The notes beneath the pieces are model-generated. The model did no database searches and had not been told where the DNA came from. It saw only the letters and a list, made by a program, of their open reading frames with translations. Both the position numbers and the translations under genes were made by a program. Shown here one piece after another: positions 37,424 through 48,919 of a DNA stretch of 64,000 bases. Within the stretch, counting starts at the first letter, position 1. The number at the start of each line of letters is the position of its first letter. Origin of the DNA: Toensbergia leucococca (lineage: Eukaryota); contig JALDZS010000024.1 in NCBI GenBank assembly GCA_022813965.1, positions 1-64,000 on the forward strand. The letters are read 5' to 3'.

Positions 37424-38406
37424 GTGGCGTCGGCAAACAAAGCAGCGCTCTACGATGCGCAGAGAAGAGCAGGAGGCTCGAGTAGCCAAATGCTCGAGAA
37501 TATGGTACAAGGCTCCAACTGTGAGGAACACTTGGAGATAGCGACGTGTGCTCCCTCTGACTGAGGGCAAATCCAGTCGACCGCGACGAAGTGGACAGAT
37601 TACGGAAACGTTTTATGAAACTCGATAAAGTAGGTGTAAACCAATACTTCAGTCCTCAGATCTCAATTAATTTCATGATACAGGATAACTCAGGCACCAT
37701 TGAGCGCGACGAATTCCTTTCACTTCCTCAAGTTTCGTCGAATCCGCTCGCCACTCGGTATTTCGCTCCTCTTCCCTCAATTCGCTTGGTGACTGACTCT
37801 GATGTTCGCTTCTACTACGTAGCATGATTGCGATTTTTGACGAAGACGGCGGCGGCGACGTAGATTTCCAGGAGTTTGTCTCTGGTCTCAGTGCGTTCAG
37901 CTCGAAGGGTAATAAGGAGGAAAAGCTTCGGTTTGCCTTCAAGGTGTACGATATCGATCGCGACGGATATATCAGCAACGGGGAGCTCTTCATTGTGTTG
38001 AAAATGATGGTGGGGAGTAATCTCAAGGATATGCAACTTCAACAGGTATGCTTGGGTCTTTGACTTTAGATCAGGGGGACTTTCAAGGAGTGTAAGGAAG
38101 GCTGAAGGAAGCTAACAGAGTCTGGTGGGATGGTGTAGATTGTAGACAAGACGATTATGGAAGCAGATAAGGATCGAGACGGGAAGATTAGCTTCGAGGA
38201 GTTCACGAAGATGGTAGAAAATACGGATGTTTCAATGAGTATGACACTAGGTAAGCCTTCTGTATACCTGCCTTCCTCTATCATGTTTTCCTCCAGATGT
38301 GTTTTACGGAAAAGACCGTGTTGCTCTCATATACCATCTGCTCGCATCAACATGGTTGGGAGAGCTCTCACTGCGCTGACTATTAAATTGTCTAGATCAA
38401 TTTTGA
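37424..38406 (+). CDS. CNB1: Calcineurin regulatory subunit B (start at GTG 37424 or ATG 37490)
   Basis: [18 protein letters not shown] and four EF-hands ([36 protein letters not shown]). Ends MTL|DQF*. Confidence 0.95.
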
Positions 38407-38831
38407 TCGACATCACATTGTCAAATGTCTTTATCTCCACGATCCTTAAGAAAAACTCCGCGTCTGCAACAGCCGCTGGCCAAGGGTGGTTACTCGTACT
38501 CTGTACCTATTCGATAGAACATTTTCTCTATGAATGAATACCCACTGAGCATTATCTCCTTCCTTTATGCATGCAGTAATGACTACAAATAATTATTCGT
38601 GTACATGAGAAGATGCCCCATCAAAGCCTGACGCAAGCAGAAATGCTGTATCCTCTAGAAATACTTGTACAATACCTGGTTATACCTAAAACCTTAGCTC
38701 CTACCTAATCAGGTTAGCCCAATGTGGTGGTGACCTTTCTCGCTTGGCCAAAGCGCACATTTCATAATTATCAGTCAGTCCAAACTCCAACATTCGACCT
38801 TCACTCCCGATCCACACCCCGTCGAAGCATA

Positions 38832-39378
38832 ATGGCACCTCGCAATACAAAAAAAAGCACCGACACGATCAACTCACGGCTAGCTCTAGTTATAAAATCC
38901 GGCAAAGGTACCCTTCATAGCAGCTTGCCTTTGTTCGAGACTCAGGAACACATTCTGACCACTTGCCCGCAGTCACACTGGGATACAAATCCACCCTGAA
39001 GACCCTCCGCTCCGGAAAAGCCAAGCTGATCCTTATCGCCGGCAATTGCCCTCCCCTCCGAAAAAGCGAACTGGAATGTACGAATGTCCAGCATCCATCC
39101 ATTCCCCTCGGATCTCGGAAACTAACATTTCTGCAGACTACTCGATGTTGGCCAAGACCTCGGTGCATCACTTTTCGGGGAACAATGTATGTGTAACCCG
39201 CCGTTCTGAAAAAGCGCCCTGAGAAGAAGTCTTGAAACAAAAGGCTTTGGAGGGTTCCCGTTTGCTGATTTTCCCGGCACAGATCGAATTAGGAACCGCG
39301 TGCGGGAAACTATTCCGGTGCTCCGCTATGGCTATCTTAGACGCTGGTGACTCGGATATCCTGAGTTCTACGACATAG
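38832..39378 (+). CDS. RPL30: 60S ribosomal protein L30 (eL30), 4 exons
   Basis: [23 protein letters not shown]…[11 protein letters not shown]…[11 protein letters not shown]…DAGDSDIL. Confidence 0.96.
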
Positions 39379-41364
39379 ATTTGCAAAGGAATTTTGCAGG
39401 AGTGGATTGATTGTTGCTGCCAATAGAGAAGCTTAAGACTTGTTGGTGTGGGGGGGAAATGGAGCGGCGGCTGCCGCTTTGCCTCAGAAGCCGTTGAATG
39501 TGGTTGGAAGTACGTGTACATAGACTAATCCCAATCCCATCACGTTTCAGATCAAAAGTTATTGAATAATGCTCGTTTCTATCTGCTAGCAGCTCTTTCA
39601 AGGTCTATTCTTCCACTTTCAAGCAAGGTGCCTAGCGTGATAGTCGTGCTGTCTTCTGAATGAGTGAATTTCAATGGTGGACATGTGGTCCGAAGTGAAA
39701 ACCACAGTTTTAGACTCGTCCCGTACAATTGTACCTTGCTAGGCAGGGAGGAGGGCTCCATATGCGTTGTTCTACACGCACAAAGTATGGCAAGGACTGC
39801 TGCAGCAATAATCAGACAACCCATAGGTCGAAAGGAGTGCTACACGTAAATTTAGAACATGTCACTTTAAGTGCAAGGCCTCAAAGGGTGCAATCCACAT
39901 AGGCAAATATAGCACCACGACAGCGGCTCCTTTTTCAAAGATCGAAGTCCTCCATGGCGGTCATTGCGAGGTAATGGGAACGTTGGGAGACGGGCCAAAG
40001 CGGGCAGAGATAGCAGAATTGCCAATGGCATAGCGAGGTACTCGTAGAGTGAGGTAAGACCGAGGGTGAGCACGGGAAAGCCTTTGCAAGTGGCTGCGAA
40101 CCCAAATACAGCCCATGCAGAAGCAGAGGGTGCCATCACATGAAAGCCGACGACCCTTGTGATAAGCTGGGCAACATCCGTCATACTCGGGAAAAATGAG
40201 TTCAAGTTAGAGTATCCAAGCTCCAATCAGCGAACGTTTCCCAGAACTGCAGCAACGATGTCTTCAGGCAGGTTTCAAAGCTTGGGGTCCAAAAGAAACA
40301 GAGCGGGATGCCGGAGGCACAAGTTGGGATCTGGGGGTTTCGGCGAGTGATGGACATGGCAGGAATAAATTGAGCATCAACATCATGAGGCGACAGGCGA
40401 GGCGAGCAAGTGATGAAACGAGGCCAATGGCAAGTCAGCAAAGGGAGAATGGATGAGGTGTAGGGTTTCTCGACTCGGAGATGATAGGCGAGAATGCGGC
40501 ATTGGGACTCTTGGAGAAGAAGATTTCATTTGATAGATGCAATTTGACAGATGCAGGTTGGGAAGAAAAGAGATGTTCCACATAGAGTCTTTTGAAGTGA
40601 TCGACGGCCATCGGGCAGCAAAGGGGCGGAGAGAGTGAAGACGGTTTCATGCCTCCATACCAAGTCACCTTGCATCCATGCCGTTACTCGACACCTATGC
40701 GAGCCATGTCAATGAATAGTATGGTATTCTATTTTTCCGTAGACCGAGGGACAGTCCCCACTCTCGAGTCTCGACGGCCACTCGAGTCACTCCAGTTGTC
40801 GATCATCTCCCTTCGCTTATGCAGACTACAGCTACCTACTTACCCACCGTGCCCACTTACCTAGCCACCTAGCTACCTACCCAGCGAGCCAAGCTACCCA
40901 GCTATCTAACTCCTAGCTACCTTATCTCCTTAAGCATCAGATGCAGGGACGATATGAGTGACGAGTGATGCGTGCATCATGTCCAATGTCATTGGCTACC
41001 TGGACCGTCTCAAATCACACATCCCTTTGTTGCAACATGTCCGCCACTCGTGCCGTCTTCCGCTATGATTGCTATGTATCCGATGTCATTGCCACGCTCC
41101 TGCCTATTGTGAAGCTACCTTGATGCTAAGTACAGAATCCCGGATACCGGCTACATCTAAAACCTATCTACAATGCAAAACTGACAAATGCCTCCCAGGG
41201 GTATAGCCCAGCCGACAAATAAGACCCAACACCTATTGTCCGGTCGCCCGTAAATCTATCGTGTATTGGTACAAACCATATTTTCCTGTCGCCAGCGGGG
41301 TCGACTACCTTCCGTAATCCTTTACTATACAAATACTTGCCCCTGCTGACAGCTACTGTGAGTA

Positions 41365-42620
41365 CTATCGCGTGCCTGCAGCGCGAACTGGAGATCTTGA
41401 CGGAGCCGGTGCCTCGACGTCTGGACCATCTTCGGCCTCGCCCTCCAGAAGATCGAGACACTCCGTGAGAACTATGTCAAACATTAGCAGCCTCCGTGAC
41501 CCAAAACATACGCCAATTTACTGCTCATTATCTCCTCTTCCCAAACCCCCATTTGGTAATCCACTAGTCCGTGTTTCTCCATGCTGTCGCACAGGCGCAC
41601 CAGTTCTCGCCCCATTCGTTCGAGGAAGTCCGTCTGCAAGATGCTTTGCTGGGGACGTGGGGGCTGCCCAGTATCAAGCATTTCTTGCGTATTGTCTTTT
41701 TGTCGTTGTAGTACCGCGAGCCAGCACGTATTGAAATCGTTCCAGAGCTTGATTCTCTCGCCGTGCAAATCTTGATCATCGCGCACAAGCCCTATGCCTC
41801 TATTAGTAGAAGGTGTACCATCATAGCAATTGGACACACCGAGATCTGACGCGTTACCCAACAGCCAGTCAGAGATCTCAAGTAAGGATTGACCAGCTTC
41901 AATCAATCTGCCGCTGCGAGTCCTCTCAAACGTTTGCTTTAATGCGTTCTGATACTGCGCATACGCCCTGTCGAAGTTCGTAGATTCTTCTGCAACATCA
42001 TGGTGCTCGAGTACGTCCGGTGCGCTAGGCTGGGCAAATGTCGCCATACCTGGTGGATACGACGAGGGAAGTGTCGAGCGGCCCAATGGAGTCGGTTGCT
42101 GATAAGACATGGGCGGTTGAAACTGGGTCGGGGCATATTGTTGAGGCATAGCTGCAGGTCCCGGTGCGCTGGTCGGCTCCCCGGAGTGATAATACTGTGG
42201 AACGCCAAATTGGGTAGACAGCACTTCGATAGCTGCAGATTGCCGCGGAGGATATTGGGGCATGGGATCGTAGGAAGACTGATGTGGGCTTTGCTGAGGG
42301 ACATTATATATCACATTTGAGCCGTATTGTGGAAATTGCTGTTGCCTTTGGGCATCTTGGGAATAATCTGGCTGATACTGTAGCGAGCCTCCCTGCATTT
42401 GCTGCGCTGCATACTGTTGCCCTTGCGTGTAATCATAGTTCCCAAGATCGTGCGCTCCTGCCCCGGCCGATGTTGGCGACCGCGTGACGAGCAGGTGTGG
42501 TTGTCGAAATCCGTCGGAAACATTGGCCTCCTGTACGCCTCTAGGTTGCTGGACAAAATCCCGTGTGGGGCCGTAGCCTTGCTGCTCATATTGCCTTCGT
42601 TGATGTTCGTCGCCTTCCAT
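41365..42620 (-). CDS. Conserved Gln/Pro-rich hypothetical protein with a helical C-terminal domain
   Basis: MEGDEHQRRQY start and Q-rich region, then SLLEISDWLL…LWNDFNTCWLAVLQRQ…LVRLCDSMEKHGLVDYQMGVWEEEI. Last exon begins near 41469. Confidence 0.8.
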
Positions 42621-45255
42621 CCCACCAATACGGTCAAACTTGGAGTCCCCCAACGGCGTATCGAAGACCGAGATTCGATGCGCCGTGGGCGAGAGAGGCG
42701 GGGTCACGTACAATGCCAGGTTTCCGACGGCGCATCGACCAAGAGCTAGAGAGATTCTGACAGATTTCTGACACGTGGACGAGAAGTGTCTGAGTTGTAG
42801 ATACACAGGCTAGGCACGTGGGGTTCAAAATGTGAAAGATGATCCGGACTGGTTACCAAGCCACAGAGGTCAGCTTCTGTAGTCGACAAGCATATGACCA
42901 GTCTCGATGAAGGGGACAGGAAAAGCAGATGACTCCAAGCGGTCCATGCGCTCACCAACGGACCATGAGATGGCTTTGAAGAGTAGGAAACGATCTGGAC
43001 AGATGAACATAAAGATGTACCTCGACGGCCCAAAAATGAAGCAATGAATTTCTTCTAGCGCCGCTGTCGGGCACAAAATGAATGAAATTGAGATCTGAAA
43101 AGACCAGTAGAAATGTAGAAGTGAATTGACTCGATGCTAAGTCAAGTCGGCTAAGCGGAGCCTAGGTAGGATGAACCCTTGGAAGCACGGCAGTGATGCA
43201 CATCAGGGATTAACGCGATGAGGCGGGGAGTCCGTACCTTATGGGATAATATTCTATGCAGGCTACCTGGTGTCATAGGGAAAGAGGTTGACGCTGGGAG
43301 GGGCGTACAAGCGTGGAAGGCAAATCTCGGTAGAGCCAGAACCTCCGGGGATGGTGTTCCTAGCTTCACGGTCTTGGAATGGTACCTGAATATCACGCCC
43401 CGGGAGCTGAAGTGTGGAGCGAAGAAGATCGAAGAGATCCGCAGCCCAAGGCGTCCAATTGGACGGCATCAAATTCGTGCAGGATGCGCAAGCAGGTCAT
43501 TCGCGATATCATCTAGCTTGGGGGAGAGTGGCTGGCTGCTCTAGAGAAAGAGCTACTGTAGGTACGATGTGAAGGGATCTGGTAATCGCGTCTATTATCA
43601 TGGCCGAGTGGCGCAGACCTGGGGAAGCGCACGTCGATTCGAGGGCAGAGAAGCGCCAGGGGCGAGGCCACGACTGGATGGGGAGACTGGTACCGCAAAG
43701 GGTCAGAGGGCCGATGGTCAGAGGGAAGTAGCGGCGCCATGAATAATGTAAGATGAGACTTCGTACTCTAGGGCAGGCCAGAGTCTGGTACAGGCTTCAT
43801 GTTGGGGATCGAGCGGGGGTGAGGTGGAGGCTACCTGACCTGGGGTTTCTTTTCCTTACTTTTGCTTTCTCCGTACTATTCGAACTCAAAACCTCCTTAG
43901 CGTGCCCGTTACAGGATTTCCACGCAATCAAACTTTGCAATGAAATGAAGCCCAGGACCTTCCGCTGATGCCCAATTACCCTCTGCTTATTTGATTACAT
44001 CTTTGTTTCATCCGCCCGCACCTTGCCTGACCTGTACCGAGGCCGGATAGAAACATGCCGCAGCGTGTTGGATCAGACTGGAGTCAGGATTAGGAATAGT
44101 CATGGTCAGTTTCACAATGTCGAAACCAAGCTTGGCCATGATCACCGTAGGTAGGGCCCAGGGACCTCAAAAGCTCCGAGTTAGTGAGGCTACCTACGGG
44201 CTCACTGGCTCAATGGGTAGCTGCTACGACGGCACTGGAATTGACTGCCGTCTTTTAGTTGTCGTGTACCTTTCGTCAATCATCAGGGTGCCGTCCATTG
44301 GCCAGTGAGGTAATACTGTCGAATTAATGTTTCTCGGCATTCGGAGTTGGCGCCGATTCCCGACATATTGGTCCTCGCTTTGTTTGAGGCGTCGATTCAT
44401 TGGCCTTGCGACAATTGGGGCTTTCAGGCTTAGAGATTTACAAACCTAAATACGGGAAGCCTCACCGATGATCGACATCTCCAACATCTTCATTATGAAT
44501 GCGTAATACATCGAATTGATCCGTTGTAACCGTGCCATGAATTGTCACATGTGACTGCGTGGCTTTTCCCCTTGCCCTGCGCCTCAGATGTTTCAGGTAG
44601 CTGCTGTTGCAGTCACAGAGGATTTCATTGCCGTATTTTTACATGCATCTTCGCACTGCATTTCGTTTTTGCTGCATTCATGTCACATTTAAAGCACTAA
44701 GGTAAAGGCCTTATCAGCATCGTCGATGGAGTACCATGTTCATCTAATGTGTTCTGAAAACGATCATTTCCCGCGGCGAAAGTTGTTGGAATGTTGGGAT
44801 GTTGAATTAGGGCTACATTTTGCTGATACATATTTACTGCTAATCAATGTCGTCTTTTCCTTGCATACCGAAATCGAATACTAGATGCCGGGTCAACATT
44901 CTATCCTGATCTCGACCATAGGCGCTAATTTTCCTCTTCGATCCCTTATTTCATTTGATCCCAATGCAGAATTGTGTATCAGGATTTAAGCTGCGTAGCC
45001 ACGTGTGAAGCTCAAGAGAAACAGTCCAGCAGCTGGAACACTGGACGTTGAAAGTAGCTTTAGAGAGTTGTTGCTGGCTCTTTTGGGCCTAGGGGAGGCA
45101 AAGCATGCGCCGGGATTGAGATATAAGAGAGAAGAGGAAAGAGGAAATAGATAGTAATCGAGGTGTGCGGGTGGGTGGATGATGAACAAGACATGCACGT
45201 AATACAAGGACTAGAGGTTGAGATTGGATACGCGAATTTAAGTAAAGTAAAGATT

Positions 45256-46367
45256 TCATCTCTTTACCCATGCTGGCATCTTCCTTGCCTTCAGCTTGCC
45301 TGGCTTCTTCCTTTCCACACGTCGAGGATCTCTTGTGATGCAACCAGCTGTGATCAAAGAAATTAGCTATTGTATCAAAGCATCCATCAGGGCAAAGGAA
45401 TTAAGGTATGTAAAGAAGAGTACGAGACGCTAACACCTGAGACTAGTCCAAATGAATGGACAAATCGTAGCATTAAAGATGCCCTCCCAATTTTCACGCA
45501 TCATTGAATGAAACATGACTCACCCCTCCTCAAAGTAGGCTTTAGTAGTGGCTCGTGTACTAATAAGGCTCTCGCCAATCCCAGTGTAATAGCCTCCGCC
45601 TGTCCTGTTGAACCTCCACCCGAAACCAAGGCCCAAACATTGTATTTGTCGATTCTTCCTGTAGCTTTCAGTGCCCAAAGTGCGCTTTCCCTGTCATGGA
45701 TTCGTGCGAAAGTATTAATCACACTTTTCCCGTTCACCAACACTTTCCCCTCCCCTTCCACAAGATACACCTTCGCAGAACTTGACTTCCTTCTCCCAAT
45801 TCCAAATGCACGTCCATCGGCATCAATAGTCCCCGGTCGTGGGATATTTGCATAAGGGTCGATATCTCGCTTGTATGGTCGCATGGCTTCGATAAGATCT
45901 GCAGGCATCAGAGCTGGGTGAATGTGATTCAGCCTGTGCAGTAGCTCGACGATCTTATGGTACTTTGAGGCTTTGACCGGCTCGCCGATCATTAAACGAT
46001 ACTGATTGAGTGTTCGCCATGCTACGCGTGGTGCTTGGCCAGGAGCGACAACAGGAAGGGTTTGATATCTCCGAAGAAGGCTTTGCAGGTTGAGGAGGCT
46101 ATCTGTGAAGTCGGGCATGCCAGTGAAATAGGAAGGGGAAGCGGGAACGACACGAGCGTTGTGAGGATTTGGAGGAGGGAGTTGCTCATCCGAAAAGTTG
46201 ATTTCTGGGGCGGCGATTGCAGATGCAGGTGTGGACGTAGTAAAGTGTCGGGGAGGCTGTGACTGGATGGTATGAGTGAGCTGATGAGCCCAAGGAGGTT
46301 TGGTTCGACATCCAGGACATCGAGAGCCAAGCCAGGACACCAGGCCCGTCGACAATTTGAATGACAT
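45256..46367 (-). CDS. MRPS9: Mitochondrial small-subunit ribosomal protein uS9m
   Basis: [21 protein letters not shown] and [26 protein letters not shown]. Intron at 45348-45523. Confidence 0.95.
45381..45510 (-). ncRNA. Candidate intronic box C/D snoRNA (target not identified)
   Basis: In the 176-nt MRPS9 intron: 5' CATTCA, box C-like ATGATGC (45504-45498), box D CTGA (45390-45387), then TGGATG. The two flanks form a 6-bp terminal stem with one G-U pair. Confidence 0.55.
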
Positions 46368-46428
46368 TGGTTGCGGTACCCAGTATACTCTGGGCGGACA
46401 AGGCTTGTGAGGTCAATTTCAAAAAGTA

Positions 46429-46437
46429 TACGGAGTA
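46429..46437 (+). promoter_or_regulatory. TACGGAGTA motif (MRPS9/EF1-gamma divergent region)
   Basis: Exact match. Confidence 0.5.
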
Positions 46438-46590
46438 CGGATACTCCTAAAGCGTTTCCACTGGCCACCGTACCTCCCTAGACACTAGAGTTTTAATTGG
46501 TCGCGTAGCGAGTAGTGAGAATAAATTCATGAATTGTGACTCGATTGAACAACAGCACAACGCCCCGGACAACCTGAAGACGCTGTGACC

Positions 46591-48134
46591 ATGGCTTTCG
46601 GATCACTTTACACTGTGGATGTAAGCTTCTGTGTATCACATTGACATAAAAAATAGTCACTAACAGGCGCCTTTTCCTCAGGGTAACCCACGTTCCATCG
46701 CAATTCGCGCCGTGGCCAAGGCGAACAAGCTTGACCTTGACATTGTCGAGACAGCGCCAGCAAAAGGCGTGTCAGCAGAATATTTGAAGATCAATTCTCT
46801 GGGCCAAATTCCAAGTTTTGTTGGATCAGATGGCTACGAGTTGACTGAATGTATTGCCATTGCTATCTATAGTATGTCCTATCCTAAAACCCTATCTTAC
46901 ATCTACATTGCTTCGAATGATGAGACGTATTATCATTACCAGTTATCCCTGTCAGAAGATTCCTGTTGATAAACCTTGACTCTGACTCATACTGCATCTC
47001 CACTCTGACTGTCGTGTTGTTAATGTTGAAAGAAGAAGCTAAAGTGTTAAGTCACCTCGCAAAACGAGAAGACCACTCTATTAGGCAAGACCAAGCAAGA
47101 CTACGCCTCTATTGTCCGATGGATGTCCTTTGCCAATCAACAAGTCCTTACGACTCTTGGTGGGGCATTCCGTCCTCTCATTGGACGTGATCCTTACAAC
47201 AAGAAGAACGTCGATGAATCCCTTAAGAACGCTCTCCAAACTGTGGGCATACTCGAGCAGCACCTCCTCATCAACACTTTCCTTGTGGGCGAGCGGATCA
47301 CTTTGGCTGATCTCTTTACTGCTGGCATTCTCTCCCGAGGCTTTCAGTACTTCTTCGACAAGAAATGGCGTCAGGGAAACCCCAACGTCACTCGCTGGTA
47401 CGAAACCGTCCACAATCAGCCCATGTACTCTGCGATTGCTGGCAAGCTTGAATTTATAGATGAAGCTTTGAAGAACCAAGCTCCTAAGAAGGAAACAGAA
47501 CCTAAGAAGGAGAAAGCTCCCAAGGAAGCACCTAAGCCAAAAGCTAAAGAAATAGACGAGGAGGATGAAGAGGAAGACAAGCCAGCTCCCAAGCCAAAGC
47601 ACCCTCTTGAGGCCTTGCCAAAGCCGACCATGGTCCTCGACGATTGGAAGCGCAAGTACTCGAACGAAGAAACTCGCGAAGTTGCCTTGCCTTGGTTTTG
47701 GGAGAACTTCAACGCCGAAGAGTACTCACTATGGAAAGTGGATTACAAGTACAACGAAGAGCTGACAATGACATTCATGACATCCAATCTTGTTGGTACG
47801 ACGCTTTGATGTAGTCCTGAGCACGCACGTTACTCATGATCTCTTAGGTGGCTTCTTTGCGCGTCTGGAAGGCTCTCGTAAATATATTTTCGGTTGCGCC
47901 TCAGTATACGGGGTGACCAACGACTCCATCGTTCAAGGTGCGTTCCTCGTTCGCGGACAAGAAGCTTTACCGGCTTTCGAGGTTGCTCCAGACTACGAGA
48001 GCTACGAATTCACCAAGCTTGTTCCGTCTAAGAAAGAAGATAGAGACTTCGTGGATGACCAGTGGAGCTGGGACAAGCCGATTGAAGTCAAGGGAAAGCC
48101 TTACGAGTGGGCTGATGGAAAGGTGTTCAAGTAG
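46591..48134 (+). CDS. TEF4: Translation elongation factor 1B gamma
   Basis: GST-like N-terminal domain (LTECIAIAIY, TFLVGERITLADL), KPKHPLEAL, LDDWKRKYSN and YSLWKVDYKYNEEL. Ends DGKVFK*. Confidence 0.95.
46912..47012 (+). ncRNA. snR38: Box C/D snoRNA, snR38 homolog (guides LSU rRNA Gm2815, yeast numbering)
   Basis: In EF1-gamma intron 2: box C ATGATGA at 46917-46923; guide CCAGTTATCCCTGT complementary to LSU rRNA ACAGGGAUAACUGG; D'-like CAGA at 46953; CTGA at 46982 and 47005. Yeast snR38 is likewise hosted in the TEF4 intron. Confidence 0.9.
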
Positions 48135-48919
48135 AGGCACTACAGCCGATAGGAGATGCAAGCGATGATGGACGAGACTACGTAGTGGTATGATGCGAAA
48201 TGCGAATAACGTTCCTGTGTCGATACAACCTATGCTTCTGCAAAGGCAGTCCTTAGCGATAGTAGACCTTGTATTTGAAAAGGTTTCAGTGCCCATAATT
48301 AGGTAGGGAGGACTTACAAGTAAAATACGCCTTCAGCGTTTTCAACCCGAGCTTGTGATTACAGGGGTTCTAAGCTTGATTCGCGATTGAAATCGAATTT
48401 TGGAGTCTCCCAGCAAGATTTGTTCCCAACTTTGAAGTGCAATGACTACAGCATAAGGGAACAGGGAGACGAGAACGTGTTGTTTAAGACGTTCCAAAAA
48501 GAGACTTTATGCATTACTTCGTGTTGTCAAGGAACCTTTCTCTGAGCGAGGCCAGTTGGATACAAACCATCGATTGCTGAATCTATAGGTTTGCTCAGAA
48601 CTCCTTTCTATAGCTCGATAGCTCGGTCCAGTGGCTCATCTGTGCCATGGCGACCATCGAAGAACCTGCAGTCTTCGGCCATCGTCTCCAATGCAGCCCA
48701 TAAACAAAGATGGCAATTGATACATCTGGATCATGTTGCAGTAGCTGTGAGACATAGATGTAAAAGCTAATTACGATTAGCTTGATTCAGACGAGGTAGT
48801 AGAACGCGGCTTACCTGATTGTAGATGGAAGGGAGTTATGCCAATATGCCGACATGCCAACTGCTATGCTAGCTATATAGGTGAAACATTCTGCATTGAT
48901 TCCTAAGAGGATGAAGATA

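Noticed and set aside
39187..39282. RPL30 intron 3 as a snoRNA host
   Set aside because: CTGA motifs are present, but there is no box C and no rRNA-antisense element.
39400..45250. Large non-coding gaps as a possible telomerase RNA locus
   Set aside because: No TAACCCTAA-type template (1.5 telomeric repeats) was seen on either strand, only an isolated TTAGGG near 44807.
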